DNA from: Dehalococcoidia bacterium
Lineage (GTDB): Bacteria; Chloroflexota; Dehalococcoidia; DSTF01; RBG-16-68-14
Assembly: GCA_041497735.1 (NCBI GenBank)
Contig: JBGQHA010000001.1
Span: forward strand, 1 to 45,720
Reading direction: 5' to 3'
Length of the DNA stretch: 45,720 nucleotides
The notes beneath the pieces were generated by a model. The model saw nothing but the letters and a program-made list of their open reading frames with translations. It ran no database searches and had not been told where the DNA came from. Shown piece by piece: positions 16,490 through 26,385 of this stretch; positions within the stretch are counted from its first letter, which is position 1; every line of letters starts with the position of its first letter. Made by a program: the position numbers and the translations under genes.

Positions 16490-17958
16490 GCGAGACCCGC
16501 GCCCTCAGCTTCCGCTGGCCGCGTGATCTGCGGCAAGCTGAGGCCATCGAAATACTTGAGCGGCCACGCGATGATCGCGAGACTGCCGACGGCGATGATC
16601 GCGGCTGCCGCGAAGACCAGCGGGTGTTCCGGGCCCAGGGTGGCAACGCTGAGTGCGGCATAGGGAAGCGCGAAGAGCCACAGCCGGGTCTCTTTCACAA
16701 GATCCGTGTCGAGCACCTGCCAACGCACAATGGCGACCTGCGCGACGAGCAGGAACGCCTCGGTGATCACCGTCTCGATCGACGCGCCGCGCGCCTTCAG
16801 CGTTGGGATCAGGATGAAGCAGAGCGTCAGGTTGAGCGCCGCCGTCGCGGCCTGAACGCGCACCCGCGTGCCGATCTTGTCGTTCGTGGCCAGCACGGCG
16901 GACGCCGAGCCGGAGAGATAGCGCAGCGGCAACGCCAGTGCCAGGATGCGCAGCAGCAGCGCGGACTCCTGGAACGAACCGCCGAAGATCCTGGGCACAA
17001 ACGGATCGGCGAGCAGCACGAGCGCCGTCGCCGCTAGCATGCCGATGAACAGAATGCCTTTCGACGTTAGCACGTAGGTGCGTTGCAGCCGCTCTCGATC
17101 GACCTGGCTCCACTCGAAGTAGCGTGGGTAGAGCACGCGGTTGAAGACCACGATCGGCAGGAGATACGCGACGACCAGCATGCGCACCGGGATGTTGTAC
17201 AAGCCCACCTGCCGCGCTCCCACAAGCAACGACAGCATCACGAGGTCGATGCTGAGGTAGATGAAGTAGAAGAAGTCACCCATGCCGAAGAGAAAGCCGG
17301 TGCGGAACAACGACCGGATCCGTGCAGGGCTGATCCGTAAGGAGAAATCGTCGCGGAGTAGCCAGGCGGTGAAGATCGACATCGCCGTGCTGGCGATGAG
17401 CGGCGACAGTGCCAGCATTGTGAGCCCGAGGTCGGCCAGTACGACGGCGAGGGCGTAGATCACGTTCGCGACGGCCGCGACAACGCCGGCGATCGCGATC
17501 GCGGTGTAGCGGCCCCGCACCTGAAGCGCCGCAGAGAGCTGCGCGTTGAGTGCCATGGGGAAGAGCGCCGTGCCCATCACCAACACGACGCCGCGCACCG
17601 TGTGGCTGTAGTCGAACAGGTACGCCCAACCCGCGAGCCCTGCGTACGCGACAAGCGCCGTACCTAGTGCGCCGACGATGCTGTTGCTCAACAACACCGG
17701 CAGCTCCTCTTCTCCGCGCGCGCCGAGCTGAAGAATGGCGTACAACAGCCCAAAGCCGGCGAATGTCGCGGCGAAGGCTTGGAGCGCCTGGCCGGTGGCG
17801 AAGATGCCGTACCCCTCCGAGCCGAGGTAGCGCGCAGCGGCGATGGCGATTAGCGGCAGCATCGCGGCGCGCGCGAGCTCGGCGATCAGGTTCGCGCCAA
17901 TGCCGGCGAGCAACCGATGTTCCTTCGCGTGCCTGGCCAACGTCTCTATGCGGAACAT
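16486..17958 (-). CDS. MOP-superfamily polysaccharide/oligosaccharide flippase (Wzx-like)
   Basis: 490 aa with about 14 TM helices. N-terminus LAGIGANLIAELARAAMLPLIAIAAARYLGSEGYGIFA is typical of polysaccharide biosynthesis (Polysacc_synt) proteins. Last gene of the 10-gene operon. Confidence 0.75.
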   Translation of the reverse strand: MFRIETLARHAKEHRLLAGIGANLIAELARAAMLPLIAIAAARYLGSEGYGIFATGQALQAFAATFAGFGLLYAILQLGARGEEELPVLLSNSIVGALGTALVAYAGLAGWAYLFDYSHTVRGVVLVMGTALFPMALNAQLSAALQVRGRYTAIAIAGVVAAVANVIYALAVVLADLGLTMLALSPLIASTAMSIFTAWLLRDDFSLRISPARIRSLFRTGFLFGMGDFFYFIYLSIDLVMLSLLVGARQVGLYNIPVRMLVVAYLLPIVVFNRVLYPRYFEWSQVDRERLQRTYVLTSKGILFIGMLAATALVLLADPFVPRIFGGSFQESALLLRILALALPLRYLSGSASAVLATNDKIGTRVRVQAATAALNLTLCFILIPTLKARGASIETVITEAFLLVAQVAIVRWQVLDTDLVKETRLWLFALPYAALSVATLGPEHPLVFAAAAIIAVGSLAIIAWPLKYFDGLSLPQITRPAEAEGAGLA

Positions 17959-17971
17959 GCTGTATCTCAGC

Positions 17972-19240
17972 TTACACCGCGCCCCGAAGGGCGGGAGGCG
18001 CGGCGACTCGCGCGGGAATCGGTTGCTCGAGCTGCTCGATCATGTGGCGGTACAGCGCGATCACCTTCGGCCGCGCGGCCTCCATCCAGAGCTGCTCTCG
18101 ATAAAACGTGTGGCACGCTCGGCCGATCTGCTCGCGATACGGCTGGTCCCGCAGCAACCGCACGACATGCTCCGCGAACGTGGGAGCGTCCGTCGCGCGC
18201 AAGAGGCAGTCCGCGTGGGCGAGGCCGGACAGCCCTTGCGGCGTTCCGACCACCGGCAGCCCGGCCGACATCGCCTGGGCTACCTTCACCTTGATGCCCG
18301 TCCCCATGCGCGCGGGCGAGACGGCCACCTGGCTCTCGCGCAGGAGCCGGCCGAGGTCGGGTTCGCCATCGACACGCACGCCCGGCTCGCGTGCCAGGCG
18401 CCGGACGCGATCGGACGGGAGGCGCCCTGCGATGATGAACGAGGCCTCCGGGACCGCCCGCCGCACCTCCGGCCAGATCCGCTCGACGAAGTAGCAGACG
18501 GCGTCGACGTTGAACCGGACGTTCATCGCGCCCACGAAGAGCACGATCGGTGCTGTTCGATGCGAGTCGAGGGACGACGCATCCGCCGGCTCGAACGGAA
18601 ACGGCACGGGCAGCACCGCGCTGAAGGGCGGGTCCCTCTCAGGGATGAGCTCGCGCCGGTCCTCCTCGCTGAGGAAGAGGCGCCATTCGAACCGGTCCTG
18701 CGCAGCGAGCTCGTACCGGCGCACTGCGCGGGTCTCCAGCCGCCAGAAGAGCTTCTGGAGTGGTGCCCGCTCGTAGCGGGCAAAGGCCTCGACAGTGCGA
18801 AACCACGCGTCGTGATTGAGCAGGGCGGCCGGGCAGTGCACGAACGGGCGGTAGCGAGCAGTCGCCCAGTTCTCGAACTGTGCGAGCGCAAAGGTGCGTC
18901 GCCGCGTCAGCTCGTCTAGGCATGACGGGAGCGATGCAGCCGTCTGCGACTGGAGCAAGCGCGACTCGCCCATGAATACGAGTCGCGCGTTTCGGACGAT
19001 CGATCCCGCGAGAGTCGCATCTTTGGAGGTGCCTGCGCGCCGCTCGAGGATCACGTCGACTCCCAGGCCGCGCAGGTACTCGGCGCCGTGCAGCGAACGC
19101 TCGCCGTCGTCGATCGAGACGACGGTCAGCGGAAACTCCGCCTGCAGGACGCGCAGCAGGGCGAAGCTGACGGCGTCGCTGCCGATCTCCACCGGATAGG
19201 GAATGCGGTGTTTGACCAGGAGGATCGGGTGCTCGCTCAT
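17972..19240 (-). CDS. GT-B glycosyltransferase (GT4/GT1-like)
   Basis: The start at 19240 (MSEHPILLVKHRIPYP) overlaps the upstream stop as ATGA; the track ORF extends to 19321. C-terminal half: IVLFVGAMNVRFNVDAV ... GTGIKVKVAQAMSAGLPVVGT. Confidence 0.75.
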   Translation of the reverse strand: MSEHPILLVKHRIPYPVEIGSDAVSFALLRVLQAEFPLTVVSIDDGERSLHGAEYLRGLGVDVILERRAGTSKDATLAGSIVRNARLVFMGESRLLQSQTAASLPSCLDELTRRRTFALAQFENWATARYRPFVHCPAALLNHDAWFRTVEAFARYERAPLQKLFWRLETRAVRRYELAAQDRFEWRLFLSEEDRRELIPERDPPFSAVLPVPFPFEPADASSLDSHRTAPIVLFVGAMNVRFNVDAVCYFVERIWPEVRRAVPEASFIIAGRLPSDRVRRLAREPGVRVDGEPDLGRLLRESQVAVSPARMGTGIKVKVAQAMSAGLPVVGTPQGLSGLAHADCLLRATDAPTFAEHVVRLLRDQPYREQIGRACHTFYREQLWMEAARPKVIALYRHMIEQLEQPIPARVAAPPALRGAV

Positions 19241-20391
19241 TCGACGGCTACCCTCGGTGAAGCGCGTCTTGCCGTCAGCTCTTCGTAGAGCGCGAGATAA
19301 CGCGGGCCAACCGTGTCCCACGAGAACTCCCGCGCGATCCGCTCCCGCCCCGTCCGGCCGAGGCGCTCGCGCATGCCGGGATCCAAGACAAGCTCGCGAA
19401 GCAGGGCGGTGAACTGCTCAATATCGTTCGGATCGAAGAGCCGGCCGGTGACATTATCCTCTACAATCTCCGGTATGCCGCCCACGTCTGTGGCGAGCAC
19501 GGTCGCGCCATAGCTCATCGCCTCGAGTGCCACGTACGGGAAGTTCTCCGGCCAGAGCGACGGCATGACGACGATGCCCGCGCGCTGGTAGTGCGGGGCC
19601 GGGTCCGCCCGGCCGTGAAATCGAACGGATGGGAATGCGGACTGCAGGCTGGAGCGAAGGGGGCCGTCGCCGACGACATCGATCTGCCAGCCGAGATCGC
19701 TCGCCACGTGTTCCATCGGACCGAGGACGCGCTGCAGCCCCTTTTCGCGGCTGAGGCGCCCGACGAAGAGCATTCGCGCCTCGCCGGCAGTGGTTTCGTC
19801 TGGAAGCGAGACCCCGTTTGGTATGACACGGACCGTGCCGAAGCCCTGAGACTCGTAGTAGCGCGCGAGATACCGACTAGGCGAGACGAGCGTGGCGTTG
19901 GCCAGGTGTCTGCGATGCACGCTTCGCGAGAACCACTGCCACGGCAAGAGCGCCGCTCGCTGTCGAGGAAAGCGCAGCCCGTCGCGATCGACGATCGGGT
20001 TGAACAACTCGACGAAGCCGTATCCGTGCAGGGTAACAACCGCCGGGCGCAGCCGAGCCGCGACGCCCACAAGCTGAGATGAGATCCCCAGCAAGTTGTG
20101 GAAGTGGACGACATCGGGTTCTACGCTGCTGATGATCGCCGAGAGCCGTCGCGCGTTGCCGGGCGAGAAGAGATCGAAGTAGGCCTTCCTGAGATACTTC
20201 GATTGCACCCTGTGGAGCGATAAAGCTCCAGTTGTGCCGTTGCGCTGTGCCCGCGCCGGCGCAGCGATGTCCACATGCGCTTCGTGAGCGGTCAACCACG
20301 CAGTGAGAGCGAGGCAGAACTGCTCGGCGCCGCCCCACTGTTCGGGAGGAAGCCCGTCGATGACCTGCAGGACGCGCATAGCAGTGCTCAT
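19237..20391 (-). CDS. GT4 family glycosyltransferase
   Basis: MRVLQVIDGLPPEQWGGAEQF; FVGRLSREKG; PSLWPENFPYVALEAMSYGATVLATDVGGIPEIVED (E-x7-E type motif). Confidence 0.85.
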   Translation of the reverse strand: MSTAMRVLQVIDGLPPEQWGGAEQFCLALTAWLTAHEAHVDIAAPARAQRNGTTGALSLHRVQSKYLRKAYFDLFSPGNARRLSAIISSVEPDVVHFHNLLGISSQLVGVAARLRPAVVTLHGYGFVELFNPIVDRDGLRFPRQRAALLPWQWFSRSVHRRHLANATLVSPSRYLARYYESQGFGTVRVIPNGVSLPDETTAGEARMLFVGRLSREKGLQRVLGPMEHVASDLGWQIDVVGDGPLRSSLQSAFPSVRFHGRADPAPHYQRAGIVVMPSLWPENFPYVALEAMSYGATVLATDVGGIPEIVEDNVTGRLFDPNDIEQFTALLRELVLDPGMRERLGRTGRERIAREFSWDTVGPRYLALYEELTARRASPRVAVE

Positions 20392-20398
20392 GAGCGAA

Positions 20399-21208
20399 CT
20401 ACCGGCTGCCCTGCTGCTTTTTCACGGCCTCGACCATAAACGTATACCCATCCCAAGGCGACCCAAGTAAGGCATCTGCCAGCAGAGAACACGGGTAGGC
20501 GATAAGACACAATGGAAGCCAGACCAGCATCTTCACCGCCGTCCCGCCCCAATCGAGGCGAACGCCAATCCGATAGAAGAATTTGGAAACCGGCGAGTTG
20601 ATCAGGTACCGCGTCCGGCGGACATCCAGGTACTGGCGAAGGCTCGCCAGCAGCTCGTCCTCTGTGTAGTAGTGCGACACCGACGACGCCTTCCGATGCC
20701 GCTCGCGGAGCTCATCGGCGAGCGATTGGAGGTTGTCCGTCGTGAGGACCAGTGTTCCGCCGGCCCTTAGGACCCGGGCCATTTCGGCGATCGCCAGCTC
20801 GCCGTCACGGAAGTGCTCAAGTGACGAGCTGGAGACGATCTTGTCGAACGATTCGGTCTTGAAGGGCAGATGCTCGGCGCTGGCAGTTGCGAACTGCGTG
20901 CTGCTTCCGGCTCGCTCCGCGACCCGGCGCGCCCGGCGTATCGCCTGAGCCGAAATGTCGAAGCCATACGCCGCCCGGGTGCGCTTGGCCAGACGAAACG
21001 TCAGCGAACCGCGGCCGCACGCGGCATCGAGCAGACGCTCCTGGGGCTGGATCGCCGCCCATCGTTCGATCGCGGGCCATTCCAGCCAGCGAACGACGTT
21101 GAGGATGCCGACCGTGCGATAGACCGCGTACTCATACGACGAGACGAACCTGCGTCTCGCGGCGAGAGCGCTATCTAGCATTGACGTCAGCCCGCCGTCC
21201 CAGAGCAC
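20399..21208 (-). CDS. Class I SAM-dependent methyltransferase with a C-terminal hydrophobic segment
   Basis: LLDAACGRGSLTFRLA ... GFDISAQAIRRARR ... FDKIVSSSSLEHF ... LRAGGTLVLT. The C-terminal MLVWLPLCLIAYPCSLLADALL is probably membrane-associated. GTG start per the track; an alternative ATG lies at 21181. Confidence 0.85.
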   Translation of the reverse strand: MLWDGGLTSMLDSALAARRRFVSSYEYAVYRTVGILNVVRWLEWPAIERWAAIQPQERLLDAACGRGSLTFRLAKRTRAAYGFDISAQAIRRARRVAERAGSSTQFATASAEHLPFKTESFDKIVSSSSLEHFRDGELAIAEMARVLRAGGTLVLTTDNLQSLADELRERHRKASSVSHYYTEDELLASLRQYLDVRRTRYLINSPVSKFFYRIGVRLDWGGTAVKMLVWLPLCLIAYPCSLLADALLGSPWDGYTFMVEAVKKQQGSR

Positions 21209-21227
21209 GGCTTACTCTGGCGGATGC

Positions 21228-23126
21228 TCATGGCGACGCCTCATGGACCGGCTGCTCGATGTTGTAGAGGGCCCAACTTCCTTTGCGGATCACCTCGTTC
21301 ATGAAGAAACGTTTGTCGAAGGCGGCGAAGGCGGCGGCCGACTCCGGCTGAATGGTGGAGATGATCAGGTAGACGCGCCGCTCTTCGAGCGACTGCTTTA
21401 CTACGGGAAAGAGCGACTGGTCCCAGTTGGTCTGCTGGAGGATGCTGTAGTTGATCGTGTCCGGATAGCCGGCGCTGTTGATGAGCTTCATTGAGTTGGG
21501 GCCGACGATGAGCATCACGGGTTGCTCGCCTTGTAGGTAGCTGTCCATCTCCTGCCAGGCCTGCCGGTCGTGCTCGCGCGCGTAGTTCAGGCGATTGAAG
21601 CCGTACACGTGCCAATCGTACGATTGCGCGATGCCAACCATCCCGACGACGGCGACCATCGCCAGGACAGCAGAGCGCGTCGCGGCGCCGTTCGGGCGCA
21701 ATAGGCGGGACGTCTCCCAGAAGAACGCCCCGGCGGCGATCGCGAGCAGCGCGTAGATCGGCAGCGAGTAGCGCACGAACGATGACCGCGCGATCGGCAG
21801 TCCGTAGCCATAGTAGTTGTTGTGCTGATGGCCGTACAGGAACAGGATCGCCAGCACGGTCGCGCTCACGAGCAGCGCAAGCAACCAGGCGTTCCGCCGT
21901 CGAGATGCTACCCGCCAGACGAGGCCGAGGAACGCGAGCGCAAGAAACGGGAAGGCGAACGTGGACGAGCCGAGGTAACGGATGTGGAAGAACAGGTTGT
22001 GCACCTTCTGCGTCGGGTGGAAGTTGGAGGAAGAGCCGCTCACGCCGATGGCGTAGAGGAAGTACCGCTCGACGAGGCCTTGGCTGTGCATCGGACCAAT
22101 GCTCGGTTCGAGCGATAGGTAGGCGGAACCGACGTGCGGGAAGAAGAAGGGGCTGTGAAAGAAGATGGCGTTTGTCACGAGCACCAGCGGAATACAGGCG
22201 AACGCCGTGGCCGCGAAGGGAAGGCATCGCGCAACGGAGCGGCAGCGCCACCAGACGAGTAAGAGCATAGGAGGCACGAAGATGAACTCCGTGACACGCA
22301 TGAAGACCGCCAGCGTCATAAGGACGCCGGCGAGGGCGAGCTGCCAGCCCCTCGGCGGGTTCGACCAGAGCACGAGCACGAGCGCGCCCAGCTCGAGGCT
22401 GAGCACGGGGACATTGTTGTAGACCGTGCTCGCCCAGTGCCCGAACGCCGGCGACACGGCGAACACGAGCGCGGCGAGCGCCGCGGCCCACCACGAGCGG
22501 AGCAGCTTCCAGGCGAGCAGGTACAGCGCGACGATCGCAGCGGTGGCGAAGAGCGCGGTGTAGGCATAGTAGCCCGAGTCGCCCGGGAGCTGCGCGAAGG
22601 GCGTGTAGGAAAGCGCCGTGCCTGGGAACACCCGATGGTACATGTCGGTGGGCGTGCGGTAGGTCACGTCCAGCGCACCTACGATGTTCGTCCGGTACTT
22701 ATCGTTCAGCGAGTCGGTCACGCGCAGAGAGCCGCTCGTCGCCAGCTCGTGCGCGCCGTTGATGATCGCGCTTTCGTCCTGAGCGGACGTCATCGGCACC
22801 GTGTTCAGCGTGATGTACGTCGCGGTGAACGCGATGAGCAGCGCGCAGGCGAAGAGCGCCGGACGGAGCGCCTGCGCCGCGTCGTCGACGGCTTCGCTCG
22901 CGCGGCCGTTCAACGTGAGGCCGAGCGCGCAGAGACCCGCCGGGGCGATCGCGAGGTCGACGGCAGGCGGCAGGTGGACGAAAACGCCGGCGGTCTTGAG
23001 CGCGGTGTAGGCGATCAGGCTGGCGAAGAACCCGGCGCGCAGCCAGCGCGACGAAATCGCCGGCGCGAAGGGCACCGCGCCGGCCAACCACCGCCGCAAG
23101 CCGCCAACGAGCACGTAGACCGACAT
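21228..23126 (-). CDS. Polytopic membrane protein, GT-C-like (ArnT/PMT_2-type), tandem paralogue B
   Basis: The true start MSVYVLVGG at 23126 shares one base with the upstream TAA (TAATG); the track extension to 23462 is Arg-rich and overlaps the upstream gene. First-loop motif TSAQDESAIINGAHELATSGSLRV (DE...G, as in ArnT/PMT-like enzymes). More than 12 TM helices plus a C-terminal soluble domain. Confidence 0.6.
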   Translation of the reverse strand: MSVYVLVGGLRRWLAGAVPFAPAISSRWLRAGFFASLIAYTALKTAGVFVHLPPAVDLAIAPAGLCALGLTLNGRASEAVDDAAQALRPALFACALLIAFTATYITLNTVPMTSAQDESAIINGAHELATSGSLRVTDSLNDKYRTNIVGALDVTYRTPTDMYHRVFPGTALSYTPFAQLPGDSGYYAYTALFATAAIVALYLLAWKLLRSWWAAALAALVFAVSPAFGHWASTVYNNVPVLSLELGALVLVLWSNPPRGWQLALAGVLMTLAVFMRVTEFIFVPPMLLLVWWRCRSVARCLPFAATAFACIPLVLVTNAIFFHSPFFFPHVGSAYLSLEPSIGPMHSQGLVERYFLYAIGVSGSSSNFHPTQKVHNLFFHIRYLGSSTFAFPFLALAFLGLVWRVASRRRNAWLLALLVSATVLAILFLYGHQHNNYYGYGLPIARSSFVRYSLPIYALLAIAAGAFFWETSRLLRPNGAATRSAVLAMVAVVGMVGIAQSYDWHVYGFNRLNYAREHDRQAWQEMDSYLQGEQPVMLIVGPNSMKLINSAGYPDTINYSILQQTNWDQSLFPVVKQSLEERRVYLIISTIQPESAAAFAAFDKRFFMNEVIRKGSWALYNIEQPVHEASP

Positions 23127-25426
23127 TAAGGCGATCCCACCGCCGCGATGCCGATCGCTCTGAAGGTGAGGCCCTTGCTGGCGGTGAGCAGGTTGGTGAG
23201 ATCGTCGCCTTGATGAAGTGTCACGGTCACCGTGAGCCAGTCCGGCGTTTGGTGCAGCTGCGCTTGCCACAGCGGGACGGGCGCGTTCGTGCGCGAATCG
23301 ATTCCGGAGATCACACCCTTGGCCGGGCCGGTGTCCTGCACCTCGAGCTGAACCGTCACGTCCTGATCGACGCGGCCGTCGCCGTCGGCGTCGACGAGAG
23401 GAAGCTGGATGTAGGCGTTGCTCTGGACCGCCTGGAGCATGCCTTCGGGGGTCACGGCCCATCGGGAGAGAGCGCTATATGTGTTCCAGACATCGACGTA
23501 GCCCAGCGTGTACCTCACCGGCACGAACGAGACGCGCTGGACACTAAACGATCCGACCCGGGCGATTTCGCTCACCTGGTAGCGCGTATAGAAGTACGTC
23601 TGAAACATCATGTCCTGCGCGTTGGCCTCTGACATGATGAGGAAGACCGGCCGCTCGGCTGAGGCGCGCTCCGCCACCGCGGCGACTGGGGGAATTCGAT
23701 AGAAATCGGGGAGGGTCATGTAGTTGATGAAGTACTTCTCGTAGTCGCTATCGATGAGCTTCTCGGAGCTCGGCCCCCCGATGAGCAGCGGCGTTTGCAG
23801 TTCCTTGCCCAACAGCGGCTTGATCTGGCTCCATGCGGCCCGGTCATCCTCTCGATAGCCGTTTAAGCGATTGAAGCCGTAGACATCGGCGTCGTAGGAC
23901 TTGGCTACGCCAGCGACGAGGATGACGCCCACGAGCGCTATCGGTAGGGCGCGGGCGACGGCGGTCCCTCGGAACAGACGAGACGCTTCGAGCGCGAACG
24001 CGCCGGTGGCCAGGCCGAGCATGGCGTACACCGGCAGCGAGTAGCGCACGAAGGACGACCGGACGATCGCTTGCCCATAACCGTAGTAGTTGCTCGACTC
24101 GCGGCCGTAGATAACGAGCACCGCGAGCGCAGCCGTCAGCAATGCCCCGGCCAGCAGCCACGTGCCGCGCCGGCCGGCCGCGGCGCGCCACGTGATGCCG
24201 ACCAGCCCTAACCCAAGGAACGGGAAGGCGAACGTTGATGAGGCCAGGTAGCGCGCATGGAACCAGAGGTGCTTGATCTGGTCCAGAAGATGCGCGTTCG
24301 ATGGGGACGTTCCCGTGAACTCCGCGTATCGCCCCAGCAGGGTCGTTGAGGAGGGGCCTGTCTGCTGCACAGCCTGCGATGGTGACGCCGGCAGCCATAG
24401 GTAACCCTTCCCGATGTGCGGCAGCAACAGCGCGTCGTGGAAGAAGATCGCGTTCGTCACGCCGATGAGCGCAACACCGGCTACCGTGGCCGCGGTGAGC
24501 GCCGCGACGCCTCGCCAGCTACGGCTGCGCCACCAGACGAGCGCGAAGAGCGGAGCGACGTAGACGACCTCGGTCACGCGGGCGAAGAACGCCACGCTCA
24601 GGAGTGCGCCCGCGAGGCCGAACGCCCAGGTGCGTTCGCGCGGCGCCCACAACGCGACGGCGAGCGCGCACAGCTCGAGCGCGAGCACGGGGACGTTGTT
24701 GTAGACCGTCACCGCCCAGTGGCCGAACGCCGGCGACACGGCGAAGGCCAGCGCCGCCACGAATGCGGCCTGCCATGAGCCAAGCAGCCTTCGGGCGACG
24801 AAGTACAGCGCGCCGATCGCCAGCGTTCCGAAGCTGACTGTAAACAACCGGTAGCCGAGGCCACCCGGCAGCACGGAGAACGGAGCGTAGAGCGCCGCCG
24901 TTCCCGGGAACGTGCGATAGTACATGTCGGTCGGCGTCCGATACAGGACATGCAGCGCGCCGATCATGTTCGTCTGGTAGCGGTCGTTGAGCGGGCTCGT
25001 GACTCGCAGCGAGCCGCTCGTGGCCAGCTCGTGGCCCCCGTGCACGATCGCGCTCTCGTCCTGGCTCGTGACAAACGGGACGGTGTTCACCGCGAGATAC
25101 GTGATCGTGAACACGACAAGCACGGCGGCGGCGAGCAATCCGAAGTTCATCGATTGCGTCTCGGCGGCGTCAGCCTCCTCGTCACGCGTGCGCGCCTGCA
25201 GTGCGAGGCCGATCGCGCAGACTCCCGCGGGCAGGATCGACAGATCGACCAGGGGCGGCAGATCGACGATGGCGCCGGCCAGCTTCAGCAGCAGATAGGC
25301 GGCGAGGCTGACAGCGAACCCGGCCCGGAGCAGGCCGGACGAAGCCCGGAGGCGCTCACCGACGTCCGGAAGCCGCAGCAGGCGCCCTGTGACGCGGAGC
25401 TGGTCTCGCACGCGCGCGGAGAGCAT
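23126..25426 (-). CDS. Polytopic membrane protein, GT-C-like, tandem paralogue A with an extra C-terminal beta-rich domain
   Basis: Start MLSARVRDQ at 25426, just after the upstream TAA (TAACGATG). VTSQDESAIVHGGHELATSGSLRV aligns with paralogue B. About 130 extra C-terminal residues (…DADGDGRVDQDVTVQLEVQDTGPAKGVISGIDSRTNAPVPLWQAQLHQTPDWLTVTVTL…). Confidence 0.6.
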   Translation of the reverse strand: MLSARVRDQLRVTGRLLRLPDVGERLRASSGLLRAGFAVSLAAYLLLKLAGAIVDLPPLVDLSILPAGVCAIGLALQARTRDEEADAAETQSMNFGLLAAAVLVVFTITYLAVNTVPFVTSQDESAIVHGGHELATSGSLRVTSPLNDRYQTNMIGALHVLYRTPTDMYYRTFPGTAALYAPFSVLPGGLGYRLFTVSFGTLAIGALYFVARRLLGSWQAAFVAALAFAVSPAFGHWAVTVYNNVPVLALELCALAVALWAPRERTWAFGLAGALLSVAFFARVTEVVYVAPLFALVWWRSRSWRGVAALTAATVAGVALIGVTNAIFFHDALLLPHIGKGYLWLPASPSQAVQQTGPSSTTLLGRYAEFTGTSPSNAHLLDQIKHLWFHARYLASSTFAFPFLGLGLVGITWRAAAGRRGTWLLAGALLTAALAVLVIYGRESSNYYGYGQAIVRSSFVRYSLPVYAMLGLATGAFALEASRLFRGTAVARALPIALVGVILVAGVAKSYDADVYGFNRLNGYREDDRAAWSQIKPLLGKELQTPLLIGGPSSEKLIDSDYEKYFINYMTLPDFYRIPPVAAVAERASAERPVFLIMSEANAQDMMFQTYFYTRYQVSEIARVGSFSVQRVSFVPVRYTLGYVDVWNTYSALSRWAVTPEGMLQAVQSNAYIQLPLVDADGDGRVDQDVTVQLEVQDTGPAKGVISGIDSRTNAPVPLWQAQLHQTPDWLTVTVTLHQGDDLTNLLTASKGLTFRAIGIAAVGSP

Positions 25427-25428
25427 CG

Positions 25429-26385
25429 TTATGCCGCCTGCTTTCGTTCGAAGAGGGCTGCCATGCGCAGGTAGCAACCAGGCCCTGCCTCCTCGGTGCC
25501 GTGGATCTCGAACACACGAAGCGACAAGCAATCGGACTGCTTCGCCGCCAGCTCGACGAGTCGCTCCGGAGCGTAGAAGCGACTGAACTCGTATCCCCAG
25601 CCCGGCACCTCGATCACGCGCGCGTCTGGATCGAGCACGGCAGGTCTCGCCCATGTGGAGGAATCGATGTAGTTCGTTGTCACGACGTCGAGATAGAGGG
25701 GAAGGATGCACAGCCGTCCGCCGGGCCGAAGCAATCGCCCGGCTTCGCGCAGGAAGGCTTCGTCGGCATCGCCCTGAAAGTGGTCGAACGCGCAGTGCGC
25801 GGCCATCTTGTCGACGCTCCTGTCCGGCAGCGGGATCGATCGCACGTCGCTGCCGATGTACCGTCCGTGGACTCCGCGCCGGTACGCCGCATCGAGCCGG
25901 TAGCCGGCGCAGCCGTACAGCTGCTCGGCGATCGGCGCGAACGGCGAGTTGTCCGCGCCGACATCCATGTAGACATCACCCGAGGCGATCTCGAGCAACT
26001 GCGCGCCCACGTAATGCTCCAGCGTCTTCTCGCGAAACGCCGGCGAAGACGGGCCGCCGGAATACCAGTCAGGGAAGTCTGCCTGCTGAAGGAACGTCTG
26101 GAACGCCGCAGGGTCGAGGGTAAAGTGCTCGACGCGCGCGCCGGCGGCTTCGAGGCGTGAGCGAGCCCATGTTGCGTCCACGATGGGGCACTCCGAGGCA
26201 ACCATGGCCGCCGCATGGCCGTTGCGGCGCTCCGGCGTGATCAGCCGTCCACCGGGCAGATGACGGATACGACGCATGCCTTGTCGCAAGGTGCGCTGGG
26301 TGACTGCTGACCAGCGATAGGGCCGCAGCGACCAGACGTAGCCTGCCGTAGTGCGAACGCGGGCTGGGAACCTTGCGCTAGCCAT
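25429..26385 (-). CDS. Class I SAM-dependent methyltransferase
   Basis: DVYMDVGADNSPFAPIAEQL ... SVDKMAAHCAFDHFQGDADEAFLREAGRLLRPGGRLCILP. The start is uncertain: ATG 26385 (8-nt overlap with the upstream gene, ATGGCTAG) is chosen, and later in-frame ATGs are possible. Confidence 0.7.
   Translation of the reverse strand: MASARFPARVRTTAGYVWSLRPYRWSAVTQRTLRQGMRRIRHLPGGRLITPERRNGHAAAMVASECPIVDATWARSRLEAAGARVEHFTLDPAAFQTFLQQADFPDWYSGGPSSPAFREKTLEHYVGAQLLEIASGDVYMDVGADNSPFAPIAEQLYGCAGYRLDAAYRRGVHGRYIGSDVRSIPLPDRSVDKMAAHCAFDHFQGDADEAFLREAGRLLRPGGRLCILPLYLDVVTTNYIDSSTWARPAVLDPDARVIEVPGWGYEFSRFYAPERLVELAAKQSDCLSLRVFEIHGTEEAGPGCYLRMAALFERKQAA

Noticed and set aside
23127-23462. N-terminal extensions of track ORFs: 21228-23462, 23126-25711, 3664-3930, 11696-11812, 17972-19321, 25429-26508, 28726-29844, 35111-35884, 44172-44207 and 44899-45108.
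   Set aside because: The extensions overlap the upstream gene, are Arg/Pro-rich and lack homology between paralogues. In each case an internal start sits exactly at a stop/start junction (TAATG, ATGA, TTGA, GTGA) or behind a GGAG-type RBS.
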